In this document: positions 46,761-57,021 of the stretch, one piece after another
How positions within the stretch are numbered: position 1 is the first letter of the stretch
Layout of the letters: every line of letters begins with the position of its first letter
Sequence record: MK568540.2
Length of the DNA stretch: 64,000 bases
Direction: 5' to 3' (one strand)
The notes under the pieces: generated by a model
Database searches by the model: none
Told to the model about the DNA's origin: nothing
The model's input: the letters and a program-made list of their open reading frames with translations, nothing else
Translations under genes and position numbers: made by a program

Positions 46761-48389
46761 ATGATTGGATTTCAACAATTAAATGAAAACATGAGCGCAA
46801 CGTACGACTATTATCCGGCTCGCTCGACCAAAGAAAACAAATTCTTTGTGATCGACATGAAAGGCGAAGCCAGAGACATCGTTGTTTCGTTCACAACTAA
46901 AACAAAATCAGATATCGGAAATCGCGGTAAACGTTCTTGGTTCTGTACTGTATCAGCAATGCGCGGCAAAAAAGGCGGTGTTACTATTCGTGAAATGGGA
47001 GATGAACAAAAGCTTCAACAAACTATTGTTAAAGTGGTTCAAGATTTCATGATCAAACGTCGTGCGAATGTCGTTTCAATGCGTGTGCAGAAACTAGGTA
47101 CGGGTAAGATGTTCGACTTGCGCGTTAAAACGTTGTTTAAAAAGCTACGTTACGGCTGTGATACAACTAAGATTATTGGCGTGGGTGGTGAAGAAATTTC
47201 GCAAGATTACAGCTTCTTTATTGTAACCAAACCAGGGTATAATGCCGATAAGCTATTCGAAGCATCTGAAGAAACAATTAACGATATTGCGTTAAAAATG
47301 TCACTCGAAACTGATATTTCAAGCAAGAAAACGATTATCGTAACTGCCGATGCTGCGTATGACGACTATGAAGATGACGTACTAGGTAAATGGGTAGAAG
47401 AAAACCCCGCTGCACGTGTTCCAAATGATGTTCTTCAAATGCCTCAATATGAAGCGCGTGTAAGTTCGTCTGTTCGTTCTCAATTGAATGAAAGCAATGA
47501 ACATGTTCTTGCTAATGCTGCGAAAGGTTTAATTGATATGAGTTTGAATCTTGAAACTGTGGCAGTTTCATTGAATTCATATATCGCCGAATCGAAGAAG
47601 CCTCAAAGCGTTCTGAATAGTATCATGGAATCTCGCTCACGTGCTCATGCAAGTCAGTATGAACGTCTTTCTTTGCAACTTATGCAGGAAGATTCATTTG
47701 CGGGTCTATCGTCACTTACACAAGCGGCTATTGCTAGATACTCCGCGACTCGTTTTTCATGGAAGGTGAATGAAGAGTTATTACACGGAACTGGTGTTGA
47801 TAAAGAATCACAGATTGTCTCACGCATCGACCAAGCGTTTTCTGAAGCTGGTATGATTGCTGGTGGAATGACGTTATATCGTGGCTGTGAAATGTCAAGT
47901 AAACATGTGCGCTCTATTCTTGAATCTGGCTCGTTTGTTTCGACTGCGTTTATCTCAACGTCAATCGACCCTCTTGTTGCTTGTAAGTTCGTTGAATCAA
48001 GCTCTAAGAACATCATTGATTCAACTGCTAAGAATAGTAAATCAGATATGCGTTCTCTGCTTGAGTCAGATAAGAAAATGAATGTTGTATTCATCATAGA
48101 AGCGAGCGGCTTGCCTGTTTTAGCTTCAGGTAAACACGGTATGAAAGACTCAAAAGAGATTATCATCAACCGTAATACGATGTTTGAAGCTGACGTTGTT
48201 CAAATGTCTGAATACGACGCTGTAATTCGATTGAAAATCAAAGAAGATACGAAGCAAGGTGTATTGTCTGCTTTCAAAAAGCAAGACCGTTTACACGAGC
48301 TTTCAGAAGTAGCTAATTTCATGCGTTCTGTTGATGTAGATGTCGATGCAGATAGACTAACAAAAGAGCGTAGTCCTCTAACACCATGA
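46761..48389 (+). CDS. alt: Alt-like NAD:protein ADP-ribosyltransferase (R-S-E/VIP2 clade)
   Basis: TLYRG, FVSTAFISTS, SKEIII; leader MIGFQQLNE; late-like CATAAATA at 46722-46729. Confidence 0.75.
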   Translation: MIGFQQLNENMSATYDYYPARSTKENKFFVIDMKGEARDIVVSFTTKTKSDIGNRGKRSWFCTVSAMRGKKGGVTIREMGDEQKLQQTIVKVVQDFMIKRRANVVSMRVQKLGTGKMFDLRVKTLFKKLRYGCDTTKIIGVGGEEISQDYSFFIVTKPGYNADKLFEASEETINDIALKMSLETDISSKKTIIVTADAAYDDYEDDVLGKWVEENPAARVPNDVLQMPQYEARVSSSVRSQLNESNEHVLANAAKGLIDMSLNLETVAVSLNSYIAESKKPQSVLNSIMESRSRAHASQYERLSLQLMQEDSFAGLSSLTQAAIARYSATRFSWKVNEELLHGTGVDKESQIVSRIDQAFSEAGMIAGGMTLYRGCEMSSKHVRSILESGSFVSTAFISTSIDPLVACKFVESSSKNIIDSTAKNSKSDMRSLLESDKKMNVVFIIEASGLPVLASGKHGMKDSKEIIINRNTMFEADVVQMSEYDAVIRLKIKEDTKQGVLSAFKKQDRLHELSEVANFMRSVDVDVDADRLTKERSPLTP

Positions 48390-48392
48390 TCG

Positions 48393-48418
48393 AAAAAGGG
48401 AGCAAATTGCTCCCTTTT
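48393..48418. terminator. Bidirectional terminator
   Basis: AAAAAGGGAGC-AAATT-GCTCCCTTTT. Confidence 0.85.
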
Positions 48419-48421
48419 CTT

Positions 48422-49303
48422 TTATCGAATATCTTCTAGTTCATAACCCCAGATATTACTAAAATCTTCTTCTGATTCGACGTAATACAATGTATCTTGC
48501 TCACATAAAATCATATCACCTGCATCAAGCGCCGCACCTTTTTCACTAATATCAAATGTACGACCTGTTTTAGTGCGAACTGTAATATCACCTAGCATTG
48601 ACAGCCAAATGTCAGCCGAATCTAAGTTATTGAACTTACCACGCGGAGTTGTTGCTTCAATGTGAATAACATCACTCGATTTTCGCTCTATGTAAACTCG
48701 ACCGTGTGGCAATCCAAATCGAATGAAATCTCCGTCGTTGTCTAACCAGAATAACTTAGCCCAAGTGAATGCGTTAGTATTTGGGAAAATAACGTACGTT
48801 AGTTCTTCTTCTTTGTGAATCCCGTCGTTATGCAGTCTGCGAACTTTCGGTGGGTTATTGTTCTTCAATGTGAAGCTATTTCCCATGACGTGAACCGTAT
48901 AGTCCATCTTGTTCGCGTATCGCTCAGCCATACGTTTGTACAGTCGGAAACGTTTGTCTGCATCATTGCGATCTTCATCTGAGTACGCACTAAACGCAAT
49001 CTCATCAGGGTTAATCTCAGACGCTTTTTCAAACGTAGCAGCTAGAATCGTACTTAATACTGTCATGGCATCTTTAGGCGATCCTTTTGCAAGCGTGTGC
49101 GTCCAATTGCCTGTTTCACGATCTTTTCGTTGGAAAGCTACATATATGCTTACACCGCGTGGCGTTTCGCGATCTTGAATCGTTGCTAGGTATTGGGTCC
49201 CGCCTACTGTGAAACTAGCTTCATTGTGCATAGCATCCCATCTATATGGCACTGGTCGGTCGAACGCTTCAATTAACGTTTCTCCATGTTCAAAAATGAT
49301 CAT
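48422..49303 (-). CDS. Predicted internal head protein, paralog family member
   Basis: Leader MIIFEHGETLIE; VLSTIL...IAFSAYSDEDRNDADKRFRLYKRM; perfect late promoter TATAAATA at 49328-49335. Confidence 0.65.
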   Translation of the reverse strand: MIIFEHGETLIEAFDRPVPYRWDAMHNEASFTVGGTQYLATIQDRETPRGVSIYVAFQRKDRETGNWTHTLAKGSPKDAMTVLSTILAATFEKASEINPDEIAFSAYSDEDRNDADKRFRLYKRMAERYANKMDYTVHVMGNSFTLKNNNPPKVRRLHNDGIHKEEELTYVIFPNTNAFTWAKLFWLDNDGDFIRFGLPHGRVYIERKSSDVIHIEATTPRGKFNNLDSADIWLSMLGDITVRTKTGRTFDISEKGAALDAGDMILCEQDTLYYVESEEDFSNIWGYELEDIR

Positions 49304-49327
49304 TTTCGTTATCTCTCTAAATGAAAG

Positions 49328-49361
49328 TATTTATACGCAAAAAGGGGCATAAGCCCCTTTT
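49328..49361 (-). promoter_or_regulatory. Terminator (GGGGC-TTAT-GCCCC plus U-run) followed by gp55 late promoter TATAAATA
   Basis: Direct reading. Confidence 0.8.
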
Positions 49362-49362
49362 A

Positions 49363-50700
49363 TTAACCTTTGAATCCGCTCATTTCTTCAAGCGTATTAG
49401 CAACGTCTTTATCATCACGGAATTGCACGAAAATAGGCAAGAAACAAGACCATGTTTCTTTATTACGTGCGCGTGTGATTGCGTTGTAGTTGATTTCAAC
49501 AATCATACCGATTACTTCATCACGACGTTCCCAGATGTCTGCACGCTGTTTATCACTGAAGCCACTACCGACTTTAGTAATCAACATACCGCAAGCTGAA
49601 CGAAGAAGAAGAGCACCCATTTTGCCTTTGTTCTTCTTGTCGCCTTCGATTACTTCAATGATCTCTAAATCACCATCGTGAACTTCTTTGTATTTCACAA
49701 GTGATTTACTTCGCTTGTTTTCCCAAAGTGCATCTGGGTCTTTCAAGATGATACCTTCTAGACCTTGAGCAACGTACTGATTGTAGATTTCAGACGCTTG
49801 TTCTTTTGTAGAAACAGTCTGCCACGGAATCGGTTCGATGATACCACGTGCTTTAATAGCAACATCTGCAAGAATCTGTTTACGTTTACTGTACGGCATG
49901 TTCAATTCATTCGACTTACCGAAATAAACGTCTTCAGGGATGATATCCCACACTTGAAATACAATGTCAGCCTGTTCTTTCGGTGTGATTGTACCTTTGC
50001 TTGCTTTGTTGACAATGCCATTACCAGTCGAACGGTCTTCAACCTCATGTAAACCGTTTGGCGCGTACACAAGCTCACCGTCGATAACAAAGCCGTTTAC
50101 ACCCATTTCAGTCAAGCCTTTCTCAACTTTGACTAGACCTTGATAGCGTTTACCGTTACGCGATGTAAGAGTAATGTTACCATCTAAGTCAACATGAGCG
50201 AAACAACGAGCACCATCAGCTTTCAATTCAGCGTATGCGATTTTAGTTAGAATCGCGTCGATTAGTTTGTCGTTCTTCGGGCTTGCAAGCATTTGAGGTT
50301 GTTCTGGAATCAGTTTCTTCCAAACTTTGTTTGCAGTACCACCCGTACAACCAGTTCGAAGGTCTTTCAATATAACACGACGAATCACTTCCGCGTCGTC
50401 TTCAGAAACTGAAGCGAGTATACGAGCAACAAAATCTTGTGCAGAATGACCGCGCACTTGATTCACAACCAACGCACTAAACACTTGCTCTAGTGCATCT
50501 TCTAGTTCGGTATATTCATGCACATATGCTTCACCTGCATTCACTTCAGGCAGTTTCTTCATATTAAACTGATACGTAGGTGTGTATGCAAGCTCAAATA
50601 CACGCTTTAGCAATTCATTGTCTTTTTCAGACTTCAGGATTGCTTCTTTTTCAGTGCGTTTAGTCGTTGCTGCTAGTTTATTCAGGATTGGTAGAATCAT
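49363..50700 (-). CDS. 30: ATP-dependent DNA ligase
   Basis: AELKADGAR, IDGELV, LEGIILK, KYKEVHDGDL, GSGFSD, FLPIF. Confidence 0.97.
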   Translation of the reverse strand: MILPILNKLAATTKRTEKEAILKSEKDNELLKRVFELAYTPTYQFNMKKLPEVNAGEAYVHEYTELEDALEQVFSALVVNQVRGHSAQDFVARILASVSEDDAEVIRRVILKDLRTGCTGGTANKVWKKLIPEQPQMLASPKNDKLIDAILTKIAYAELKADGARCFAHVDLDGNITLTSRNGKRYQGLVKVEKGLTEMGVNGFVIDGELVYAPNGLHEVEDRSTGNGIVNKASKGTITPKEQADIVFQVWDIIPEDVYFGKSNELNMPYSKRKQILADVAIKARGIIEPIPWQTVSTKEQASEIYNQYVAQGLEGIILKDPDALWENKRSKSLVKYKEVHDGDLEIIEVIEGDKKNKGKMGALLLRSACGMLITKVGSGFSDKQRADIWERRDEVIGMIVEINYNAITRARNKETWSCFLPIFVQFRDDKDVANTLEEMSGFKG

Positions 50701-51131
50701 CTGGACCCTCTATATAAATTTCAGGACGAACACGTGCAACAAAGCACTGCTCGTGTAAATCATTTTTGTACAACACTTTAAGTGCATCTTGCTCTTTCAG
50801 GTACAATGCAGGCATTGTAACATCACCGAGATCAATAATCGCCACTTCTTGGTTGCTTTTCATTAGTATAGCAAACATCATTTTCCTCAAAATATACGTT
50901 GCCGTTGTTGATTGTTACTAAGAATGGCTTACCTGCGATATGATCACCGTAAATGTGAACAATATAATCACAAGCTTCTTTGTTCCATTCTTGCCAATCG
51001 GTTTGCAATTCAGCTTCCCATTCTTCTCGATTCGAAAAGAACGGCTTGCCTTTTGCCTCTCGCTTATCTAACGCAACAGCACGTTTTGCAAGTGCGCTAT
51101 CAGCATGAATAATATAAGCTCGTTTAATCAT
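50678..51131 (-). other. Two hypothetical CDSs (50678-50890; 50832-51131) with a class B promoter GTTTAA-N18-TATAAT at 51164-51193
   Basis: ORF track and direct promoter reading. Confidence 0.6.
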
Positions 51132-51194
51132 AATTAACCCAAAAAAGCCCCGACAGGAGCTTTATTATATGATGAATGTAAGACGTGTTAAACT

Positions 51195-51788
51195 TTATTC
51201 GTGAATAAAATCTAATAGCTTTGACATATGATGAACGTCTGCTCGTTCGTCATATCGATTGAGGTGTACCACTTTAAGGTCGTGAAAACACTTCTTGATT
51301 TGCTCAGTATTTTCTAACTGATCATCAATGAAACCGATCACGTCGTGATCTGATACTAGCTGAGAGACATAACCGACTTTGCTCTCATCACCGCGAATAG
51401 TAATCAATTCGCTGAAACAACCCGGGAAGAATGTTTCTAAGTTGAACTTGCGCACAAGCCAGTGATCAGTTGAATCACCGAATTTAGTCAGCGCAACAAG
51501 ATTGTATTCTTTCGCGATTTTGTGAACGTTCTCTACCGCATCAGGGAACGCAGTCATGTACTTACCGTGCTCAAGATTATACTTCTCAAGTAAGTCAAAT
51601 GCTATTGAACGCTGCTCGACACCGAATAAATCACGTACGTCAACATGCTCTTTAGCAGTGAAGTGTTTTAATGCAAGAACGGGGTCGATACCACATCGCT
51701 TGCAGAATAGCGGTAGCTGGCTTGCCCAATCAATAAGCACACCATCTACGTCGAAAATTAGAGTAGGTTTTTGTTTCTTGTCTGTCAT
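51195..51788 (-). CDS. 30.2: HAD-family phosphatase (T4 gp30.2-like)
   Basis: LIFDVDGVLIDW, FIDDQLEN; start reassigned to MTDKK. Confidence 0.8.
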   Translation of the reverse strand: MTDKKQKPTLIFDVDGVLIDWASQLPLFCKRCGIDPVLALKHFTAKEHVDVRDLFGVEQRSIAFDLLEKYNLEHGKYMTAFPDAVENVHKIAKEYNLVALTKFGDSTDHWLVRKFNLETFFPGCFSELITIRGDESKVGYVSQLVSDHDVIGFIDDQLENTEQIKKCFHDLKVVHLNRYDERADVHHMSKLLDFIHE

Positions 51789-51801
51789 AATATATTTCTC
51801 G

Positions 51802-53107
51802 TTACATATATTCAGCGCCCGTGAAGACAATGAACATAAAAGTAAAACAAAACACAGCAACAGCTACTAACAATGCAGTTACACTAGCTATCATTGAATC
51901 GAATTCGTCTTCAATAATCTTATTGACTACATATACTAATGGCGTTGCTGATACGAATACTAGAATAACACCTAGTGTTGCTAATAAAATTTGAATCATA
52001 TTGTGCTCCTTTATTTGAAGCATCTATGATAATGAAAAGGGCTGCAAATTGCAACCCTTTTGTTTATTTCATCCACTGTTTGCGCTTTTTAGAGCGTTTC
52101 CACCCGCGCTGTGGAGATTTGTAAGACGATAGACCATCCCAATCTAGAAGACAGCGAACTGTATGAGCACGTTTTTTGCGAACTACTTTACCGTATTCGG
52201 CTTCAATCTCGTCTTCACAGAACTTGTTATGATGCATTTCAGACATCAAACCGTTACCGCGTCGAGCATGAATCCAGTTCTTGTAGCAACCAGTATGTGG
52301 CACTGGCGTGTAACGAAACACGTAGTTACCTTTGTAACGTGCTAGACATTCACCATTTCGAATTAGGTCAATCATACGTCTTGCGCTAGTTGACATGTAA
52401 AACCCAACACGTTCTGGGCTCCAGAAGCTCTGATAACGAACGTATGTTCTAGCCCACTCAGGTACCCATTCACCATCCCATAATTCGAAAACATGATGAG
52501 GTCCCATTTCGCGTGAGTTGTATAGTGGTAGATCTTTTTCTTTTACGCCTTTGTATTTTTTGACTTCAGTCATCGTTGTTTCTCCAAGTTAAATTACTTA
52601 GTGAAACAACTCCTTACGATGAAATTTCTTCATTATTCAATTACCTCATACGCTTCGTTAAGGAAGTCATCAACATCATCTACGTTGATTTTGTCTTCAT
52701 CTATTGCTAGTAAATCACATAGCAATTCTAAAATATCATGTTTACGAATTGTCCCATGACTGAATACAGTCTGACCAATCCATTCGGCTACCGACCAGTA
52801 ATAGTCTTCAAAATCACCATCGCATTCGTAATTTGCTAGGTTGTACTGCTCTAGAAGCATATTCAAATCGTGCGTCATTGTATTACCTTTTATTGTTTTA
52901 TTTGACGCACGTATTTAATCATTTAATTTTGAACAATTTCATCACGATTAGAGCAATCATTAGTACTGGCGTGATGACTGTCGATAATAAATTCACCACG
53001 GTTTTACTCGCTTGACCACCGTTTTGGCGGTACGTTTCGTGTAATGTATCTTGAATCGCAACTGTCAAAAGTGCACCAATCAATAAGTAAACAAAAATAA
53101 AAGTCAT
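51802..53107 (-). other. Hypothetical CDSs: 51802-51999 (2-TM), 52064-52573, 52633-52878, 52919-53107 (membrane)
   Basis: ORF track; terminator-promoter cassette TTGCAA-N17-TATCAT at 52026-52061. Confidence 0.6.
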
Positions 53108-53832
53108 ATGTCGAAAATCCTAAGCCCATATTCTGGGTTTTCTGAGCCGTATGCACGTGGGTTACACAGTACATTACAGCCATTTACGTGATAGTCAAAT
53201 TCTTGATGAACATGACCGTGAATTGCAAAACTGAACCCTTCAAGTAAATGGTCAAGGTCAGTGCAATAAAAACTATTCGTACTTGAATACGCATAGTAAG
53301 ATGAAATGCTCTTCAGAGAAGGGGCGTGATGTGTGATTAACACTTTCTTACCTTCAATCTCGCGACATTTCTCAATAAATTTGACTGATTTACAATGAAG
53401 TGCATGTACATCTTCACCGTACAAAGGTCGCCATTGCGGACCGCGAATCTTACGACGGTCATTCATATTGTCTTTCCAACGTTGACCCTCAAACCAGTCA
53501 TTGACTTCGTGCCACAGCGTAGTTCCGCAGAATGTCACGTCGTCAATCTGAACTGTATTTTCAAGCAAGACGTGAACATTGTCAACCGAAGTTTCAAATT
53601 TATGTCGCTCGTGAATCGCGAGACCCCACCAATCGTGATTTCCCGGCACTGCGATAACAGCGCGCCAACGGTCGGCTACAGCTTCTAAATCGCGCACTGT
53701 GCGCCCTTTGCTGTTAATGTCACCCGCTACTACCAATACAGCGTCTTTGTCGCCTGTAATCGATTCTAGCGCGTTCTCTGCGTGATAGTCGTTGTGAATA
53801 TCACTACAGTAATAAACTTTTAAATTTGCCAT
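53104..53832 (-). CDS. Calcineurin-like metallophosphoesterase
   Basis: SDIH, AGDI, GNHD, THH, HGHVH. Confidence 0.9.
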   Translation of the reverse strand: MANLKVYYCSDIHNDYHAENALESITGDKDAVLVVAGDINSKGRTVRDLEAVADRWRAVIAVPGNHDWWGLAIHERHKFETSVDNVHVLLENTVQIDDVTFCGTTLWHEVNDWFEGQRWKDNMNDRRKIRGPQWRPLYGEDVHALHCKSVKFIEKCREIEGKKVLITHHAPSLKSISSYYAYSSTNSFYCTDLDHLLEGFSFAIHGHVHQEFDYHVNGCNVLCNPRAYGSENPEYGLRIFDI

Positions 53833-55231
53833 CGAATCTCCAAAATATTATCGACATAAAATGCGTTGTAGTTGTGTAAACGCAGATATTCAATCAATAG
53901 GCGTTTCATACTATGACTTTCAATACCTGGCAATTCGTCTTGCATTCTGATATTAATACCAAAGCGCATTTCATCAGTTGCTTGCGCAATGCGCTCATCT
54001 AGATGTTCTAGATCATCAACGGGAAACTTCTCTTCCATTACTTTGATGCTGCGTGCGCGTGCTTCTTCTGCTTTCATAATCATGCTCATGACTTTCGTCT
54101 CCAATCAATTATAGTCAATATCATGCGTTCAGAACCGTGTTCCATCAACATACGATTCACATAAGCAAGTGCTAAACTGTGAGTCTCGTATTGCAAGTAG
54201 CCAATTTCGGACGGCTCGTAAGGGTTGATTCGATTTTTAATATCGAATGTATTCTTCACTGCTCTGATATTATAACCTAATTTCTCGAACTCTGCAACCG
54301 CTGATTCATAAAATTCAGCTTTTATACCGACTTTTATCTCAAGCTCTGTATCAGCTATTTTATCAATTGATTTCAAAGTGTTATACAGAAAATCTTGAAA
54401 TTCTTCGATTTTCTTTAACTGACGGTCGGACGGTTGCTTCGGCTTATAGCGTGACCGCATACTAGCAGCATCAAACATAATATTTTCTCTCAGAAGTAGT
54501 CAGCGTACCTATCTAAGATTCGCTTCGGGATTTTTAAGTTTACAAATCTCTTACCTTTCAAACCACCATCATATGCGATTTCTGCAATCAGATCTTCGTA
54601 CATGTCTGGTTCAAGTTCGTCGATAATGTCCTTGTACTCTTGTGGAAGCTGTCTCTTCAGCTTCTTAACGAGCGCGTGAATCTCATTTATCGTGAGATCA
54701 CGCAACTCTTGGTATGTCATTTCGTTTAGGGATATTTCAATAAAAGACTTTAGCATAATGCCACCTCCGTCTCTTATTTAATCCCTAGTAGCTTACCAAT
54801 TACGGTCATTGGTAGATAAAAAATGACATAAAACAAAATGTAAATCGCAATCTGTACGCCGAAACCTAGTGATAGCATAGCGACGTAAAGCTGCACGAGG
54901 TAATAATCTACCTCGGCTGTCGCTGCTTCGTTCAGTTCGCCGCGAAACTCGCGACACATATCTTCTAGAATTCGAATGAAATTGCTCATTACCACATCAC
55001 CTCAAGTTTCTCACCTGTAATGAACGCATCATAGCCGAGACTAATCAAAATACTACGAATAGTATCGCGCTCACTTTCAGTCAATTTTTCTGTTTTGAAG
55101 TCAACTCGCGACTTCGTGGGAGAAGCGACTTGAATTGCAAAATCTAGCTCTTCAAGTGACTTCTCAACAGCAGGCGAAAGTTTCTTCCGCTTTGCTCTTG
55201 CCTCTTTTGCTGTAATCATTGGGTCATCCAA
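53820..55231 (-). other. Hypothetical CDSs: 53820-54104, 54086-54478, 54490-54756 (leader MLKSFIEISLNE; late-like ATTAAATA at 54775-54782), 54774-54995, 54989-55231
   Basis: ORF track. Confidence 0.6.
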
Positions 55232-57021
55232 TCCTTACGTTTATCAGTGTCATTACCGAACAATAGTTCAAAACAATTTGGGTCATCGATTACAATATCA
55301 TCAAAAACTGGCTCGTTAATAACTTTTTTGTATTCTTTTTCAGTCAGTGAACCCAAACCCTTAATGTAACGAATCTTCCACGTTTTACTCAGTTTCGCCT
55401 TGCGATACTCTTCAATAGAATAAAACCATTTCGTTTCTTTATTCTTCGATGCAATGACTACTGGTGTACGAACGAACTTGATTCGCTTCTGCTTGTAAAG
55501 CTCTGGCCAGTTGTAGAAAAACGCAAGCAACAACGGGAAAATCGAACCTTTACCATCAACGTCCGCATCAACTAAGATACCAATGTCTTTATAGTACATG
55601 TCTCGAATGTCGTCATTACCGAGCTGAATGTTCAGCACTGACATGATATCGCATAGCTCTTTGTTTTTCATGATCTCGGCAGGGCGTTTACCCCATGTGC
55701 TCAGTACTTTACCGCGCAACGGAATACCACCATGCTTTTTACTGTCACGAACTTTAATCAAGTAACCAATCGCTGACTTACCCTCAGTCAAGAACAGCGT
55801 ACCACCTGGCTGCGAAGCCTTGATATGCTCTGCAACTTTCGCTTGTTGAGCTTTCTTCTGCTTGCGTGCTAGTTCTCGCGCTTCGGCTGCTTGTTGTTTA
55901 GCAAGTAACGCTTCAATAATCGGCATGATGATATCATCTTCTGCCAGAATCTTCTTAGCGATTTTGTCATATGCTAAGTCTTTCAAGTATGGTGACACTT
56001 CACCTTGAGAACTAGTTAGACGTTCTTTTGTCTGACTGTCAAACTTAGGGTCTGTGAAGTTACGAATGAACAACCCGAGTGTCAAACCATTCTTTAATTG
56101 TGGTTTTGGTACATTGATTTTATGCTTGCGCTTAATCATCGGGATTAATTCATCTGAAAGTTTATTGATGAAGTAATCTACGTGGGTACCACCATTAGAT
56201 GTATTTACACCATTGATGAAGCTGTTATGTCTGAATTCATCAGACGGCGCGACAAACAGCGCAACGTTGTCAAATTCAAACGCAACTTCTGTGTTAAACA
56301 TCTTTGCGTATTGCTTCAGCGTAGGGGCGTGTTTCTTCCCGTTGTACTTGAACGTAATCTCAGGGAATGCGACTGACAACGACGCGAGACGGTCTTTGAT
56401 GATCTCTTCGTCTTGAGGGGAGATACCAAATACACCAAAGCGGTTAAAATCAGGGATGAATTCAACTGAAGTCCCTTTCGTACCGCCTTTCGAAGTTCTA
56501 ACGAAAATACGATCTGCATTGTTAGAACAGCTTACTGTTACTGTGTTTTTACCGTCACACGTCTTACCAATGAATTGATGACTGAAGTAGTTGGTCAGTG
56601 CAGCGCCAACACCGTTCATACCAACAGTTGTTCGGTCATCTTCGAAGTTACTACCTGCTTTAGTACGTGTCCATGCAGCTTCAGGTCGAAGAAGCTCTTT
56701 ACCATCTGGGTCTAGAACTTTGTCTTGCGGAATACCGCGACCGTTATCTGAGATAGTGATTCGATTACCTTCGATTTTCACTTCAATAACATTGGCAAAT
56801 TTGAACTTAGTTCGAATCGCTTCATCAAGAGAGTTATCAATAACTTCGTTGATGATCTTCACAAGACCCGGTACGTACTCGATTTTCTTGAAATCACCTA
56901 AGACAAAACGCTCATGTTCTTCTCGATCAACTGACCCGATGTACATACCCGGTCGTTTAAGAACGTGTTGTTTGTCTGATAAAATTTGAAAGTTGTCTTT
57001 TTTAGACATCATGTTCCTCAC
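55216..57021 (-). CDS. 39: DNA topoisomerase II large subunit (equivalent to fused T4 gp39+gp60)
   Basis: HVLKRPGMYIGS, EVIDNSLDE, DNGRGIP, FLTEGKSA, PLRGK, DADVDG, IKGLGSL. Confidence 0.97.
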   Translation of the reverse strand: MRNMMSKKDNFQILSDKQHVLKRPGMYIGSVDREEHERFVLGDFKKIEYVPGLVKIINEVIDNSLDEAIRTKFKFANVIEVKIEGNRITISDNGRGIPQDKVLDPDGKELLRPEAAWTRTKAGSNFEDDRTTVGMNGVGAALTNYFSHQFIGKTCDGKNTVTVSCSNNADRIFVRTSKGGTKGTSVEFIPDFNRFGVFGISPQDEEIIKDRLASLSVAFPEITFKYNGKKHAPTLKQYAKMFNTEVAFEFDNVALFVAPSDEFRHNSFINGVNTSNGGTHVDYFINKLSDELIPMIKRKHKINVPKPQLKNGLTLGLFIRNFTDPKFDSQTKERLTSSQGEVSPYLKDLAYDKIAKKILAEDDIIMPIIEALLAKQQAAEARELARKQKKAQQAKVAEHIKASQPGGTLFLTEGKSAIGYLIKVRDSKKHGGIPLRGKVLSTWGKRPAEIMKNKELCDIMSVLNIQLGNDDIRDMYYKDIGILVDADVDGKGSIFPLLLAFFYNWPELYKQKRIKFVRTPVVIASKNKETKWFYSIEEYRKAKLSKTWKIRYIKGLGSLTEKEYKKVINEPVFDDIVIDDPNCFELLFGNDTDKRKDWMTQ

